From: a virus
IMG/VR virus record: IMGVR_UViG_3300045988_055078
Span: 1 to 45,034 of that record
Reading direction: 5' to 3' (one strand)
Length of the DNA stretch: 45,034 nucleotides
Shown: one piece after another, positions 1 through 8,214 of the stretch
Layout: every line of letters begins with the position of its first letter
How positions within the stretch are numbered: position 1 is the stretch's first letter
Position numbers and translations under genes: made by a program
The notes under the pieces: generated by a model
Database searches by the model: none
What the model saw: the letters and a program-made list of their open reading frames with translations, nothing else
Told to the model about the DNA's origin: nothing

Positions 1-107
1 GGACAGGTCGGCCCCGGACAGGCTGGCCCTGGACAGGTCGGCCTCGGACAGTTTGGCCCCGATCAGTTTGGCCCCGAACAGTTTGGCCCCGATCAGTTTG
101 GCCCCGA
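1..107. repeat. Terminal direct overlap identical to 44928..45034 (circular-contig signature)
   Basis: First 107 nt and last 107 nt compared base by base and found identical. Confidence 0.9.
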
Positions 108-225
108 ACAGTTTGGCCCCGGACAGGTCGGCCTCGGACAGGTTGGCCTCGGACAGGTTGGCCCCGGACAGGTTGGCCCCGGACAGGTTGGCCCCGGACA
201 GGTTGGCCTCGGGCAGGTTGGCCTG
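1..225. repeat. 15-bp tandem coding repeats (pentapeptide array, left part)
   Basis: 15 consecutive 15-bp units such as GGACAGGTTGGCCCC and GATCAGTTTGGCCCC, read directly. Confidence 0.95.
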
Positions 226-324
226 CATACCCACCCAACCATCAACGTCCTTATCCAACCAATGCTGGTGATTGCGCAAAATCTCGCTCAGTTGCGCTTG
301 CGTGTATGTTTTTAACTTAGCCAT
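1..324 (-). CDS. Pentapeptide-repeat protein, N-terminal part (gene crosses the circular junction and continues at 44927..44454)
   Basis: ATG at 324 ([30 protein letters not shown]..) followed by 15 consecutive A(N/D/K)L(S/F/I)(G/E)-type pentapeptides. The frame ends on a codon boundary at position 1 and is in phase with ORF 44454..44780 once the 107-bp overlap is removed (798 nt in total). Confidence 0.85.
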   Translation of the reverse strand, partial: MAKLKTYTQAQLSEILRNHQHWLDKDVDGWVGMQANLPEANLSGANLSGANLSGANLSEANLSEADLSGAKLFGAKLIGAKLFGAKLIGAKLSEADLSRASLSGADLS

Positions 325-514
325 CTTCCAGCATCCTTTCCAGATTCAGCAGCTCCTGCCGCAGCATGATGATCTTGCGTTTCAGGGCGGTCTTGCTGTG
401 GTTTTTATTCAGGTAATTTCCGTTATAGCCATCACCGCCATTCGCCAGATAAAGTGTAACGTTCTCCTTCAGGTCCTCAAACAAGAAGCTTACAAACTGT
501 AACTGTCTTTTCAA
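317..514 (-). CDS. Hypothetical small protein (65 aa)
   Basis: ORF in the same-strand gene chain. Its stop overlaps the pentapeptide gene start by 8 nt. No recognisable motif. Confidence 0.5.
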   Translation of the reverse strand: MKRQLQFVSFLFEDLKENVTLYLANGGDGYNGNYLNKNHSKTALKRKIIMLRQELLNLERMLEDG

Positions 515-1195
515 TTTTCAATTCCTCCCCACTGTTCCGCCATGGCCGCCGCGATGCCGGGGAATGTTTTCGCTCGATTTTTAGCTCTGTCTGTGGTAAA
601 CATACCTTTGTGCTGTTCTCCGTGTTTATGGCTGTAGCTTCCGCTTGGACACCATGTTGCTGTCGGCTCAACAATATTGGTCGGCTCCAACGGCTGGACA
701 CCACGCTCCCACAACAAGGTTTTTTTGCTAAAAGGGTGCCCGTATTGATAGGGCTGTATGGCTTGGGTTGGCTCTGGATACTCAAAGACTTTACTCGGCG
801 TCGGATTCTCAATCACAACTTTTTCACAATCCGCTTTCCAAATAGCTAAAAACAGCGCTTTGCCGCACAAGCCCTCATAATACCGCTTGATATTGAGCTT
901 GCCGCCCCTATACAAGTGCCGCGCTCCGGCGTTGCTGGTTTTGGTGCAGGGCGGGAAAGCAATAATCATATCCCACCGACCGACGTCATGCGCCTGCCCG
1001 TCCATGGTGGTCACCGTGCCTCCCTCGATGGCTATTAGCGCGTCGCCCAGAATATGCCATTCCGGATGGCCGCCGGATGGCCGCCGGATGGCCGCCGGAT
1101 GGCTCCTGGATGTCGCATGAGTAGGCTTCATGCCCTCGTTCCCGGAAAGCCTTGCACACGGTCTGCGATTCTTCGCAGGCTATCAAAACTCGCAT
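511..1195 (-). CDS. Phage-type DNA (cytosine-5) methyltransferase, frame broken inside an 11-bp tandem repeat (N-part 986..1195, C-part 511..1131)
   Basis: N-part MRVLIACEESQTVCKAFRERGHEAYSCDIQ. C-part carries DMIIAFPPCT (PC catalytic motif), VVIENP (ENV-like motif), QPYQYGHPFSKKTLLW and TFPGIAAAMAEQWG. The two parts are in different frames and join in the repeat at 1062..1103. Confidence 0.75.
1062..1103. repeat. 11-bp tandem repeat CCGGATGGCCG, 3 perfect copies plus 9 nt of a fourth
   Basis: Read directly. It sits exactly at the frame junction of the methyltransferase. Confidence 0.95.
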
Positions 1196-1197
1196 TT

Positions 1198-1635
1198 TTA
1201 GCAGTCGCCTCCATTTCTCTTATCAAACTCTACGTTGATCTTCGGCACCCACGTATTGCTCAGTGCACTTTCCACGCCCGTAAAAAAGCTATCGACAAAT
1301 TTATTGTAATTTACTTTTTTAGCCAACTCCGTTCTGATTGCCTGGGTAATTTCCGGTTTTCGTTCATTTACAAGTGCTTGCAATTCCTCACGAGTGATTT
1401 CCTCAATCGCTTGCCTGACGTGGAACTCCAACAATGTATATTCATTATCACTGGAATATCTAGAAACTTTCCCGTTTTTATCAACTTTCGTAGACAAAAC
1501 CATTTTTACGATCTGGCTCACGATTTCGTTTTTCCCGTTTAAGGATTCCGAAATTCCCATCATAACGGTTTGTTTTACTGCTTCCGCCAAATAATCCTGA
1601 TCGATGTTCAAATCCAGTCCTACAATATTTGCCAT
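1198..1635 (-). CDS. Hypothetical protein (145 aa)
   Basis: Start MANIVGLDLNIDQDY preceded by AAAGGAAA. Lies in the replication-module operon. The longer ORF start at 1704 would overlap dnaC-like coding. Confidence 0.6.
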   Translation of the reverse strand: MANIVGLDLNIDQDYLAEAVKQTVMMGISESLNGKNEIVSQIVKMVLSTKVDKNGKVSRYSSDNEYTLLEFHVRQAIEEITREELQALVNERKPEITQAIRTELAKKVNYNKFVDSFFTGVESALSNTWVPKINVEFDKRNGGDC

Positions 1636-1657
1636 TTTAATTTCATTTCCTTTCTCG

Positions 1658-2494
1658 TTATAATCCCAATTTCTGCCGCATTCCCGCCCATGCGTCCGCT
1701 GCACCGGCTCTTCTGCGGCTCTTCCCGGTGACCTGGATAGGCAGACACCGCTCGATTAGGCGGTCATAGATTCGCTGCTTGGCAATGTCCTGCTGCTGCC
1801 CCAGTTCGGCGGTGGACAGGTTGGTGGTCACCACCATGGGCACCCCCGCCGTGTAGCGGGCATTTACGACCTTGTAGACCATCTCGTCCATGTAATCGGT
1901 TTTGCGTTCGATCCCGAGATCGTCCAGCACGAGCAGATCGTACTTGCACAGGTGGGCCAAATACTCCGCTTTGTCCTCAGCTGACCACAGCTCGTCCGAA
2001 ATCGTAGCGAAGTTTGTCATTTTTCCCCGGAAACCGGCATCAATTATGGCATTTGCGATGCACCCGGCAAGAAACGTTTTTCCGGTGCCGACCGGTCCGT
2101 AAAGCAGCAAGCCCGTCCCGTTTCGCAAGTTCTCGGAAAAGTTATCCGCATACTTCCAGCAAGCCTGAACAATCTTCTGGTCACCGGTTTTGTCATCGGC
2201 CGCGAATGTGGCGTTTATCAGATTTTCAAACCCACGGAAGCATATTTCGCGCCTTCTCTTGATTTCTGAACGCTTTTCCTGATTTTTCTGGACATCGTAC
2301 TCCGTTGGGCAATTACACCAGCACTTGACTTTCATGGGCATTGCACCCGGGAATGGTGGGTTGATGATTGTTTCGCGTTTTCCACCGCAGATCGTGCAGT
2401 GCTTCAGGCCGTCTTCCGCCAGATACTCGGTGTCCGGATCGGCGGCTCGTGCTGCCCTTTCCGCAAGTGCTTCCAACACTCCTCCGTCATTCAC
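1658..2494 (-). CDS. DnaC/IstB-like AAA+ helicase loader with N-terminal Cys-rich region
   Basis: Walker A LLLYGPVGTGKTFLAGCIAN and Walker B DLLVLDDLG. N-terminal CTICGG..CWCNC. ATGA overlap with the upstream organizer gene. Confidence 0.85.
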   Translation of the reverse strand: MNDGGVLEALAERAARAADPDTEYLAEDGLKHCTICGGKRETIINPPFPGAMPMKVKCWCNCPTEYDVQKNQEKRSEIKRRREICFRGFENLINATFAADDKTGDQKIVQACWKYADNFSENLRNGTGLLLYGPVGTGKTFLAGCIANAIIDAGFRGKMTNFATISDELWSAEDKAEYLAHLCKYDLLVLDDLGIERKTDYMDEMVYKVVNARYTAGVPMVVTTNLSTAELGQQQDIAKQRIYDRLIERCLPIQVTGKSRRRAGAADAWAGMRQKLGL

Positions 2495-3366
2495 GTCTTA
2501 CCCTCCATTGCTGCCATAAAGGCCAGGTCTTCCTCGCTTACCGGTGCATTAGCCGCACCTTTGTGGCTGTTTTTGTCTCCGTTGTAGTTTCCATCAAGCA
2601 CTTTGGGGAAGTTATTCGGGCGGATGAACCAGTCAAACGTGATGTTAAAGCCTTCTTTTGTTCGCCCCATCAGGAAATCTGACGTCCGGACATTCTCAAT
2701 GGCCTTCAGAATGGCGTCAAGACCGTAGTCGTTTACGCGTTTTTTCAGGTAAGTACTGCGTTGCGAGTTTTCAACAATGCGTGTAATTTTACAAACACCA
2801 AGGGAATTCCATGCGTCTGTCACGATTTCTCGCACGGTTTTTTTCTTTTTCCCATCGGAATCCAAACTCGACCGTGCCACGGAGTGGGACGAACTGGACT
2901 CCGTTAGGAGGCCAGTTAAATCTAACCTATCCTTACCTAACCTATCCTTACCTAACCTAACCTGTGTATCCAAATTGGATACAGACTGTATACACTCTGT
3001 ATCCAGATTGGATACAAGAGCCTTGTCTTGTGTGTATGTGCCATCCTTTGCAATACTCAATTGCGCTTTTTCGTCCACACATTTGGTCGGTTTATATCGG
3101 TCCTTCTGGATGTAATTATGCAGCCGCCAATGTCGGATTACGATAACGCCGCTGTCAAAGAGAATGACATACTTTTTCGTAAGCAAAATCTTGAGATCGT
3201 CGTTTGTTGCCCCGATTTGACGCATAATGCTTCGCGGATTGTTGACGAATCCGTCATCATCGGCCAGCATTCCAAGCGTAAAATACAGGATTCTGGAGCT
3301 GGTAGGCATATCCAGGAAATCGTCGGATAAGACAATCGACTTGGAAAACATTCTCCGATCAGCCAT
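2491..3366 (-). CDS. Phage replisome organizer / DnaD-like replication initiator
   Basis: N-terminus MADRRMFSKSIVLSDDFLDMP..LYFTLGMLADDDGFV and C-terminus ..DFLMGRTKEGFNITFDWFIRPNNFPKVLDGNY are typical of replisome-organizer families. Start at 3366 chosen for its spacing from GGAGAGGGG. Confidence 0.8.
   Translation of the reverse strand: MADRRMFSKSIVLSDDFLDMPTSSRILYFTLGMLADDDGFVNNPRSIMRQIGATNDDLKILLTKKYVILFDSGVIVIRHWRLHNYIQKDRYKPTKCVDEKAQLSIAKDGTYTQDKALVSNLDTECIQSVSNLDTQVRLGKDRLGKDRLDLTGLLTESSSSHSVARSSLDSDGKKKKTVREIVTDAWNSLGVCKITRIVENSQRSTYLKKRVNDYGLDAILKAIENVRTSDFLMGRTKEGFNITFDWFIRPNNFPKVLDGNYNGDKNSHKGAANAPVSEEDLAFMAAMEGKT
2926..3016. repeat. Iteron cluster inside the organizer gene (candidate phage replication origin)
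   Basis: Two perfect 15-bp tandem copies of CCTATCCTTACCTAA (2926-2955). Two 19-bp inverted repeats TGTATCCA-N3-TGGATACA at 2965-2983 and 2998-3016, 33 bp apart. Palindrome TGTATACA between them. Confidence 0.6.
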
Positions 3367-3781
3367 CCGGTCCATCCCCCTCTCCGGAAAGCCGGACGAT
3401 GACGCAAGGTCGGGTTCCGTACCGTTTGATGACGGTCAAATCGGTGACCGCCGCATCGTCCTTGTAGGCAATTCCGTTAAGCGAATCAAGGACAATCTTT
3501 GCGATATTGTCCAGATCAGGCTTCACCATCGGCAAAAGGCACCCATCAGCCGCCGTTTCACGTTTTTTCTTGCTCCATGAGTGCGGGATCGGGAAAACGG
3601 CAACAATGCTTGCAGAAATCGGCCCGTCAAACACGGTTCCGTGCGCTTCGGCGTGGTAAGCCCATGCCACCATCTTCTCGTAATCCCGGGTTTTGGCTGG
3701 CGTGTAGGCGTAGCCGTTCTTTGTGAATCTCGGGCGCTCCTTGCCTTGCGGTGCGCCGGGGATCGTGAACTCAACAGTCAT
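3359..3781 (-). CDS. rusA: RusA-family Holliday junction resolvase
   Basis: MTVEFTIPGAPQGKERPRF.. and KPDLDNIAKIVLDSLNGIAYKDD are RusA motifs. Start is at 3781, or at 3820 if extended. Confidence 0.85.
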   Translation of the reverse strand: MTVEFTIPGAPQGKERPRFTKNGYAYTPAKTRDYEKMVAWAYHAEAHGTVFDGPISASIVAVFPIPHSWSKKKRETAADGCLLPMVKPDLDNIAKIVLDSLNGIAYKDDAAVTDLTVIKRYGTRPCVIVRLSGEGDGPDG

Positions 3782-3797
3782 TCCGTCACCCGCCTGC

Positions 3798-4235
3798 TTA
3801 GAACGGAAAACCGCCGTCAAAATCGGTTATCGGATCGAAATTCTGCGATTGCATCTGCGGGTACGCAGCCGAATTGCCGCTCTCGGACGCAGAGTGCCTT
3901 TGTGCGGAGTTTTCTTTTGCTCCGCAGAAATAGACAGCCTCCACAAAAATCTCCGCGCTACGGCGCTTCTGGCCGTTCTTATCCGTCCAATCCCGGATTT
4001 GCAGCCGACCGGTCAGGGAGATCATGCGGCCCTTGGAGAAATGCTTCTCGACGACCTCCGCCGTGCTGCCCCAGGCCACGCACTCGATAAAGTCAACCTC
4101 TTTCTTCCCACTCTGCTTGTCAGCAAAATCCCGCTCACAGGCCACAGAGAAACTGGTAACAGCCTTGCCGGAACCGGTTCTCCGAAGCTGTGGGTCAGAA
4201 GCAAGTCTGCCCATAATCGATATACTATTCAGCAT
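3798..4235 (-). CDS. ssb: Single-stranded DNA-binding protein
   Basis: OB-fold N-terminus MLNSISIMGRLASDPQLRRTGSGKAVTSFSVA and acidic C-terminal tail ..DFDGGFPF. Confidence 0.9.
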   Translation of the reverse strand: MLNSISIMGRLASDPQLRRTGSGKAVTSFSVACERDFADKQSGKKEVDFIECVAWGSTAEVVEKHFSKGRMISLTGRLQIRDWTDKNGQKRRSAEIFVEAVYFCGAKENSAQRHSASESGNSAAYPQMQSQNFDPITDFDGGFPF

Positions 4236-4878
4236 CGTTGTCCCTCACTTTCCTGTAGTATGTTGATTTTGCAATTCCAGCAATCTTGCACGCTTTGTTT
4301 ACGGAATACCCGGAATCCAAAAGGCTTTGAATCCCGTTAAGATCGATTTCTTTGTAAGAAGGGTGGTTATGCTTATCCGAAAATCTTTCTTTTGCTCTGC
4401 TGGATATAAGTTCCTTGGTTTTTTCGTTTTGCTTTGTCCCAGAATGGTGCATTGCCGTGTGCGCCCCAACTGTCATAAGGCATAAATTTTCTATCCTGTT
4501 GTCTTCTTTATTGCCATTAAGGTGGTGTACGCAGCAACCTCTTGGAACTGAAATACCAGTTCCGCTCTCAAAAACAAGGATGTGTTCCAACACATACCCA
4601 CCGGAATCAGCTCTTGGGTGGTTTGGTGACATAACCTGGATATAGCCTTTCGATGTTTTCTTTCTCCCGCCCTTCCAGTTCGGCGCTTTTTCACCTTTCT
4701 GGCAAAGAGAGCGGTTCTTAAATGCCACATTCTTGTCCCTCGACAGGCCTAATTTGTGGGCCTTTTTGTATATCGCAACCGCTGATTTATCCGGGAATAT
4801 ATCAGCAAGTTCCTGGTTTGTTGAGTGTTCGTAGCGCTGTTTAAGCGTTGCAACCTCATTGTCAGACCACTTGTTCAT
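4225..4878 (-). CDS. HNH homing-type endonuclease with C-terminal HTH
   Basis: CCVHHLNGNKEDNRIENLCLMTVGAHTAMH (HNH). C-terminal SVNKACKIAGIAKSTYYRKV (HTH). Start MNKWSDN at 4878, preceded by 160 bp of non-coding DNA. Confidence 0.8.
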   Translation of the reverse strand: MNKWSDNEVATLKQRYEHSTNQELADIFPDKSAVAIYKKAHKLGLSRDKNVAFKNRSLCQKGEKAPNWKGGRKKTSKGYIQVMSPNHPRADSGGYVLEHILVFESGTGISVPRGCCVHHLNGNKEDNRIENLCLMTVGAHTAMHHSGTKQNEKTKELISSRAKERFSDKHNHPSYKEIDLNGIQSLLDSGYSVNKACKIAGIAKSTYYRKVRDNDAE

Positions 4879-5038
4879 TTTTAATTCTATCGGAAACCTC
4901 CTTTTTTGTGATACGCTTTCCGTCAAGCCGGATGGTGTATCCGGCTGACAGAAGGTCCATTTCAATTTCCGGGGGATACCGGCAGCCGCTATTGGACTGC
5001 ATAAGAATTTCTCCGGAATGTCCGTGTACTGTGTACAT

Positions 5039-5866
5039 TTACGGTTGCTCCAACGTTGACGATGCGTCAATGACTTCGCCGGTTTCATGGTCTACATCGA
5101 CATATTCCGTCATATCAGGAATCTCGCTCATGTCGGAAGAAATGTCCGTTTTTGTGGTTTCGTCCATGGCAATTCCGCGCACGAAATCAGACTTGAGCGG
5201 CGCATATTTCAGCACCTTTTTCAGCACAGTTTTCTTCGCCATTTCGTCAAAATTCGTTACCCACGGACCATTTCCATAGCTTTTGCTGAACTTTTTCGCA
5301 TGAGCGCGGACTTCCTCAATGCTCATGACCTGAAAACCGTAGCCGCCGTCCTTTGTCTTGAACATGGCATAGTACGCAATGGGAGCGCCACGGTCTGTTT
5401 TCGCCGGTACATGACGCAGCTTTGGGTCAAGCCCAAGTTCATACTGGAACTCGTCATTCTCATAGACAGTGTGTGCCTGAATGATGGACACTTCGCCGGA
5501 GCGATAGGCCAGATCAATCAGGCCCTTATAGCCAAGCTGGAAGCTGCATTCCAGTTTCCCGTGGTTCCGAAACGGAATCAAGAAGGCCTGTTGCAAGGGC
5601 GTATTTGGCTCGAGACCAAGCTGTGCAGCCGTCATCATCGCGCCGAGGAAAGACTGCGGAGTACATTCTTTCAGAGTAGGGTTCGCGCTTAACGCCGACA
5701 GAGTGATTCGGCTGAACCGCTCCGGGGTCATCACGGAAGGAAGAGCTGCCTTGATCGCAGGCTTCATGACCTCAATGTAGTCCTGAATACTGCTGGGGGC
5801 TTTCTTCTGCTTTGTCGCCATCTTGTTCACATTGGCGGCGGCTGCGTTCTGGATCATATTTTCCAT
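5039..5866 (-). CDS. recT: RecT-family single-strand annealing recombinase
   Basis: PERFSRITLSALSANPTLKECTPQSFLGAMMTAAQLGLEPN...FQLGYKGLIDLAYRSG, adjacent to a YqaJ-type exonuclease. Confidence 0.85.
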   Translation of the reverse strand: MENMIQNAAAANVNKMATKQKKAPSSIQDYIEVMKPAIKAALPSVMTPERFSRITLSALSANPTLKECTPQSFLGAMMTAAQLGLEPNTPLQQAFLIPFRNHGKLECSFQLGYKGLIDLAYRSGEVSIIQAHTVYENDEFQYELGLDPKLRHVPAKTDRGAPIAYYAMFKTKDGGYGFQVMSIEEVRAHAKKFSKSYGNGPWVTNFDEMAKKTVLKKVLKYAPLKSDFVRGIAMDETTKTDISSDMSEIPDMTEYVDVDHETGEVIDASSTLEQP

Positions 5867-5869
5867 ACG

Positions 5870-6811
5870 TTAATCAGTCTCCTTTTTGAACCTGAAAGTT
5901 CTGCTTTCAGTTGATTTCATGTATTTGTTAGGAATTTTCCCGTGGTCTTTTTCGAAACTTTTACGGTCAAAGGTCATGCGTGTCTGCGACTTCCACGAGA
6001 CAGAAAAGTTCCCTGCCGTTCCACGCTCAGACGCCCCCATGGCTTCCATGATCCGGGCTTGAGCCGCAGTTTTTTTCTCGTCAAGTTCCTTGATCTGGCG
6101 GTTGCACTCGTCGATAATCATCAGATCAGCCGTATAGCCGGTCAGATCGACCGTGTCAGCATCCGAGTCACCGACGGGGAATTCTGCGTTCAGTGCGTCG
6201 ATGGTGGATTTCGCACCGTCAACGTCCGGAGGAGTGTCGGTTTTCACCATCTCCCAGAAGGCTTCTTCGGCACACCGTAGTGCTTCCAACTCCGCCTCGT
6301 CGCGCTCGATGCAGAAAACCTTGAATTCTACGCCAAGAACGAGAACGGCGAGGTACCATCGGTCCAGCCCGGACACGAGTAAGTAATGACAGCTCTGGCA
6401 ATAATAGTTAGCCGGAAACTCTCCGTTCTTGAATTTGCTGAGATGCAGTGCATTACAGGTCTTGATCTCAAGCCCGGCACGCTCGCCGACGATCAGCCGG
6501 TCATAATTGGCGTGAGCATACGGCATATCGTCCCGGAAAATGGTAGCGTTTTCTCTGCGGACCTTCTTGCCGGTCGCTTCCATAAACCGGTGTGCAACGT
6601 AGTCCTCAAGGTCCGTACCGAGGCGTACCGCCTCCTTCTGCGACACGTCCTCCGGGATGACCTTCCCCGTTTTCTCCGCCCACAGGGCATACAGTGACTT
6701 GTAGGGATTCAGGCCGAGGATCGCGGCTGCATCAGACCCGCCAATGGTAGTGGCGCGGAGATTCATCCATTCTTCCTTGCTCATGTTGCTGGTTGGTACT
6801 TTGCGAATCAT
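5870..6811 (-). CDS. YqaJ/lambda-Exo-like recombination exonuclease
   Basis: SKEEWMNLRATTIGGSDAAAILGLNPYKSLYALWAEKTG and GLEIKT (PD-(D/E)XK). Start at 6811 follows GGAGGAGGTGGAG. Confidence 0.85.
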   Translation of the reverse strand: MIRKVPTSNMSKEEWMNLRATTIGGSDAAAILGLNPYKSLYALWAEKTGKVIPEDVSQKEAVRLGTDLEDYVAHRFMEATGKKVRRENATIFRDDMPYAHANYDRLIVGERAGLEIKTCNALHLSKFKNGEFPANYYCQSCHYLLVSGLDRWYLAVLVLGVEFKVFCIERDEAELEALRCAEEAFWEMVKTDTPPDVDGAKSTIDALNAEFPVGDSDADTVDLTGYTADLMIIDECNRQIKELDEKKTAAQARIMEAMGASERGTAGNFSVSWKSQTRMTFDRKSFEKDHGKIPNKYMKSTESRTFRFKKETD

Positions 6812-6993
6812 CACTCCACCTCCTCCGTCATCGCTTCGATGCAGGTCAGGCAATAGCGTTCATCATACTTCCGGATGTACACGCAGGAATCGTCCTGAAT
6901 GTGCCGTCCGCACCGGGCGCAGATGGGGCGATTGTTCAGCCAAACATCCGCTCTTTTCTGCTGGATTTCCCACAGGTCATAAGAATCTTCCAT
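6811..6993 (-). CDS. Small zinc-ribbon protein (60 aa)
   Basis: MEDSYDLWEIQQKR..CARCG..CLTC. RBS AAGGGGG upstream of the ATG at 6993. Confidence 0.6.
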   Translation of the reverse strand: MEDSYDLWEIQQKRADVWLNNRPICARCGRHIQDDSCVYIRKYDERYCLTCIEAMTEEVE

Positions 6994-7007
6994 AAAATTA
7001 CCCCCTT

Positions 7008-7214
7008 TTACTTTGTACCAGAACGTTTTTTGGCCTTGTTGATGGCCTTGTAATGCTCTGCCCGGACCCCCACGGTGAACGTGTTGGCATCGCACATCCG
7101 CCGCCGGTATCGGCTGAATTCCTGGTAGGCCGCGCACGTCATGTGGCAGTTTTCTGATTCCGTCACCCGCCGGTTGGTGCAGCCTTTACACGGTGAATCA
7201 AGCATTGCCGTCAT
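7008..7214 (-). CDS. Hypothetical Cys-rich protein (68 aa)
   Basis: ORF in the operon chain with CKGC..C..C motifs. Confidence 0.5.
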   Translation of the reverse strand: MTAMLDSPCKGCTNRRVTESENCHMTCAAYQEFSRYRRRMCDANTFTVGVRAEHYKAINKAKKRSGTK

Positions 7215-7488
7215 CCTTGCCGGGCGCCGGCATCACGATACAGTAGCTCCCGTCGGCCATCTTGGACTTACATTGCCACACGGGGCTGCCCGGCACGGAA
7301 ACCAGCGAGATAAAAAGGTGTTTGAAAGCCGACGCCATCATCGGGTCATTGTTATGGATTCCGGAGTAGATATCGTGGACAACCATAGCCAGCTCTGCCA
7401 GCAGCTCATCACCGGCACCTTCGCACTGGATGATGCTTTGATCCTTATCCTTGTTGATGTCGATTTTAAGCACACTGCTCACCTCCAA
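7198..7488 (-). CDS. Hypothetical protein (96 aa)
   Basis: ORF in the chain, with overlapping start and stop relative to its neighbours. Confidence 0.5.
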   Translation of the reverse strand: MEVSSVLKIDINKDKDQSIIQCEGAGDELLAELAMVVHDIYSGIHNNDPMMASAFKHLFISLVSVPGSPVWQCKSKMADGSYCIVMPAPGKDDGNA

Positions 7489-7804
7489 AGTACCGGCCCA
7501 CCCGGTAGAGCATCAGCCCGGCACAGCCGATCACCGTTGCGAGGGCCACCGGCAGGCCGTAGACGCTGGTCAGAATCACGAGGGCCATGGTGGCCGTCAG
7601 CCGGGCGCAGTCCCGGGTGAGGCGATTCATCCGCCGTTCCGCTTTCTGCGCTCTCCGGGCCGCTGTGGCCTTGGTGGTGGTGTCTCTGGCCGCCTTGGCC
7701 TCAAACATCCGGGTCAGCGTGGCACTCTGCACCGCGTCCTCGTCCAGATGCAGCGCCTGAGCGCCGGTTTCTCCGACTTTTGCAATGTAAATACCCTTTT
7801 CCAT
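7466..7804 (-). CDS. Hypothetical protein with C-terminal transmembrane segment
   Basis: The hydrophobic stretch LTATMALVILTSVYGLPVALATVIGCAGLMLY follows a basic region. Confidence 0.5.
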   Translation of the reverse strand: MEKGIYIAKVGETGAQALHLDEDAVQSATLTRMFEAKAARDTTTKATAARRAQKAERRMNRLTRDCARLTATMALVILTSVYGLPVALATVIGCAGLMLYRVGRYFGGEQCA

Positions 7805-7914
7805 TGTGATTTTGCATCCTTTCTGCGTTGAATTGTTTCATTTGAGCGGTACCCCGTACCGCTTTTCATACCAAGTTTCGTACTGTTTGAAATGGTCCGG
7901 CGTCCGCAGCCACA

Positions 7915-8208
7915 TCATGGTTTCTCGGATGATGTATGGAAGCTGCGGTCTGATAAACGGATCAGCTCCATGGCCCGCAGATACCGCTGACAGATCAGAT
8001 ACGAGCGGTCGATCAGCTCCCGTGCCTTTTTCCCCAAGGAATACCCGCTCATCGCAAGCGACATTGTTTCCTTGCATGTCGTACACCCCTCCTTTTCAAG
8101 CTGGCGGATCAGCCAGACGTAAGTCAGTTTCTCGTTTTCGATTGTGGCACGGATTGCGCCGATCTTTTTGACATATTCCGCAGTTTCTTCCGTGTGATAC
8201 CGTCTCAC
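7915..8208 (-). CDS. Hypothetical protein, possible HTH regulator
   Basis: KLTYVWLIRQLEKEGCTTCKETMSLAMSG looks HTH-like. Its 3' part overlaps another protein-like frame (7838..8086). Confidence 0.45.
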   Translation of the reverse strand: MRRYHTEETAEYVKKIGAIRATIENEKLTYVWLIRQLEKEGCTTCKETMSLAMSGYSLGKKARELIDRSYLICQRYLRAMELIRLSDRSFHTSSEKP

Positions 8209-8214
8209 CGCACA

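Noticed and set aside
7846-7866. Hairpin AGCGGTAC-CCC-GTACCGCT as a terminator
   Set aside because: Its T-run is on the non-transcribed plus strand, and it lies within a protein-like reading frame on the minus strand. No plus-strand gene exists for it to terminate.
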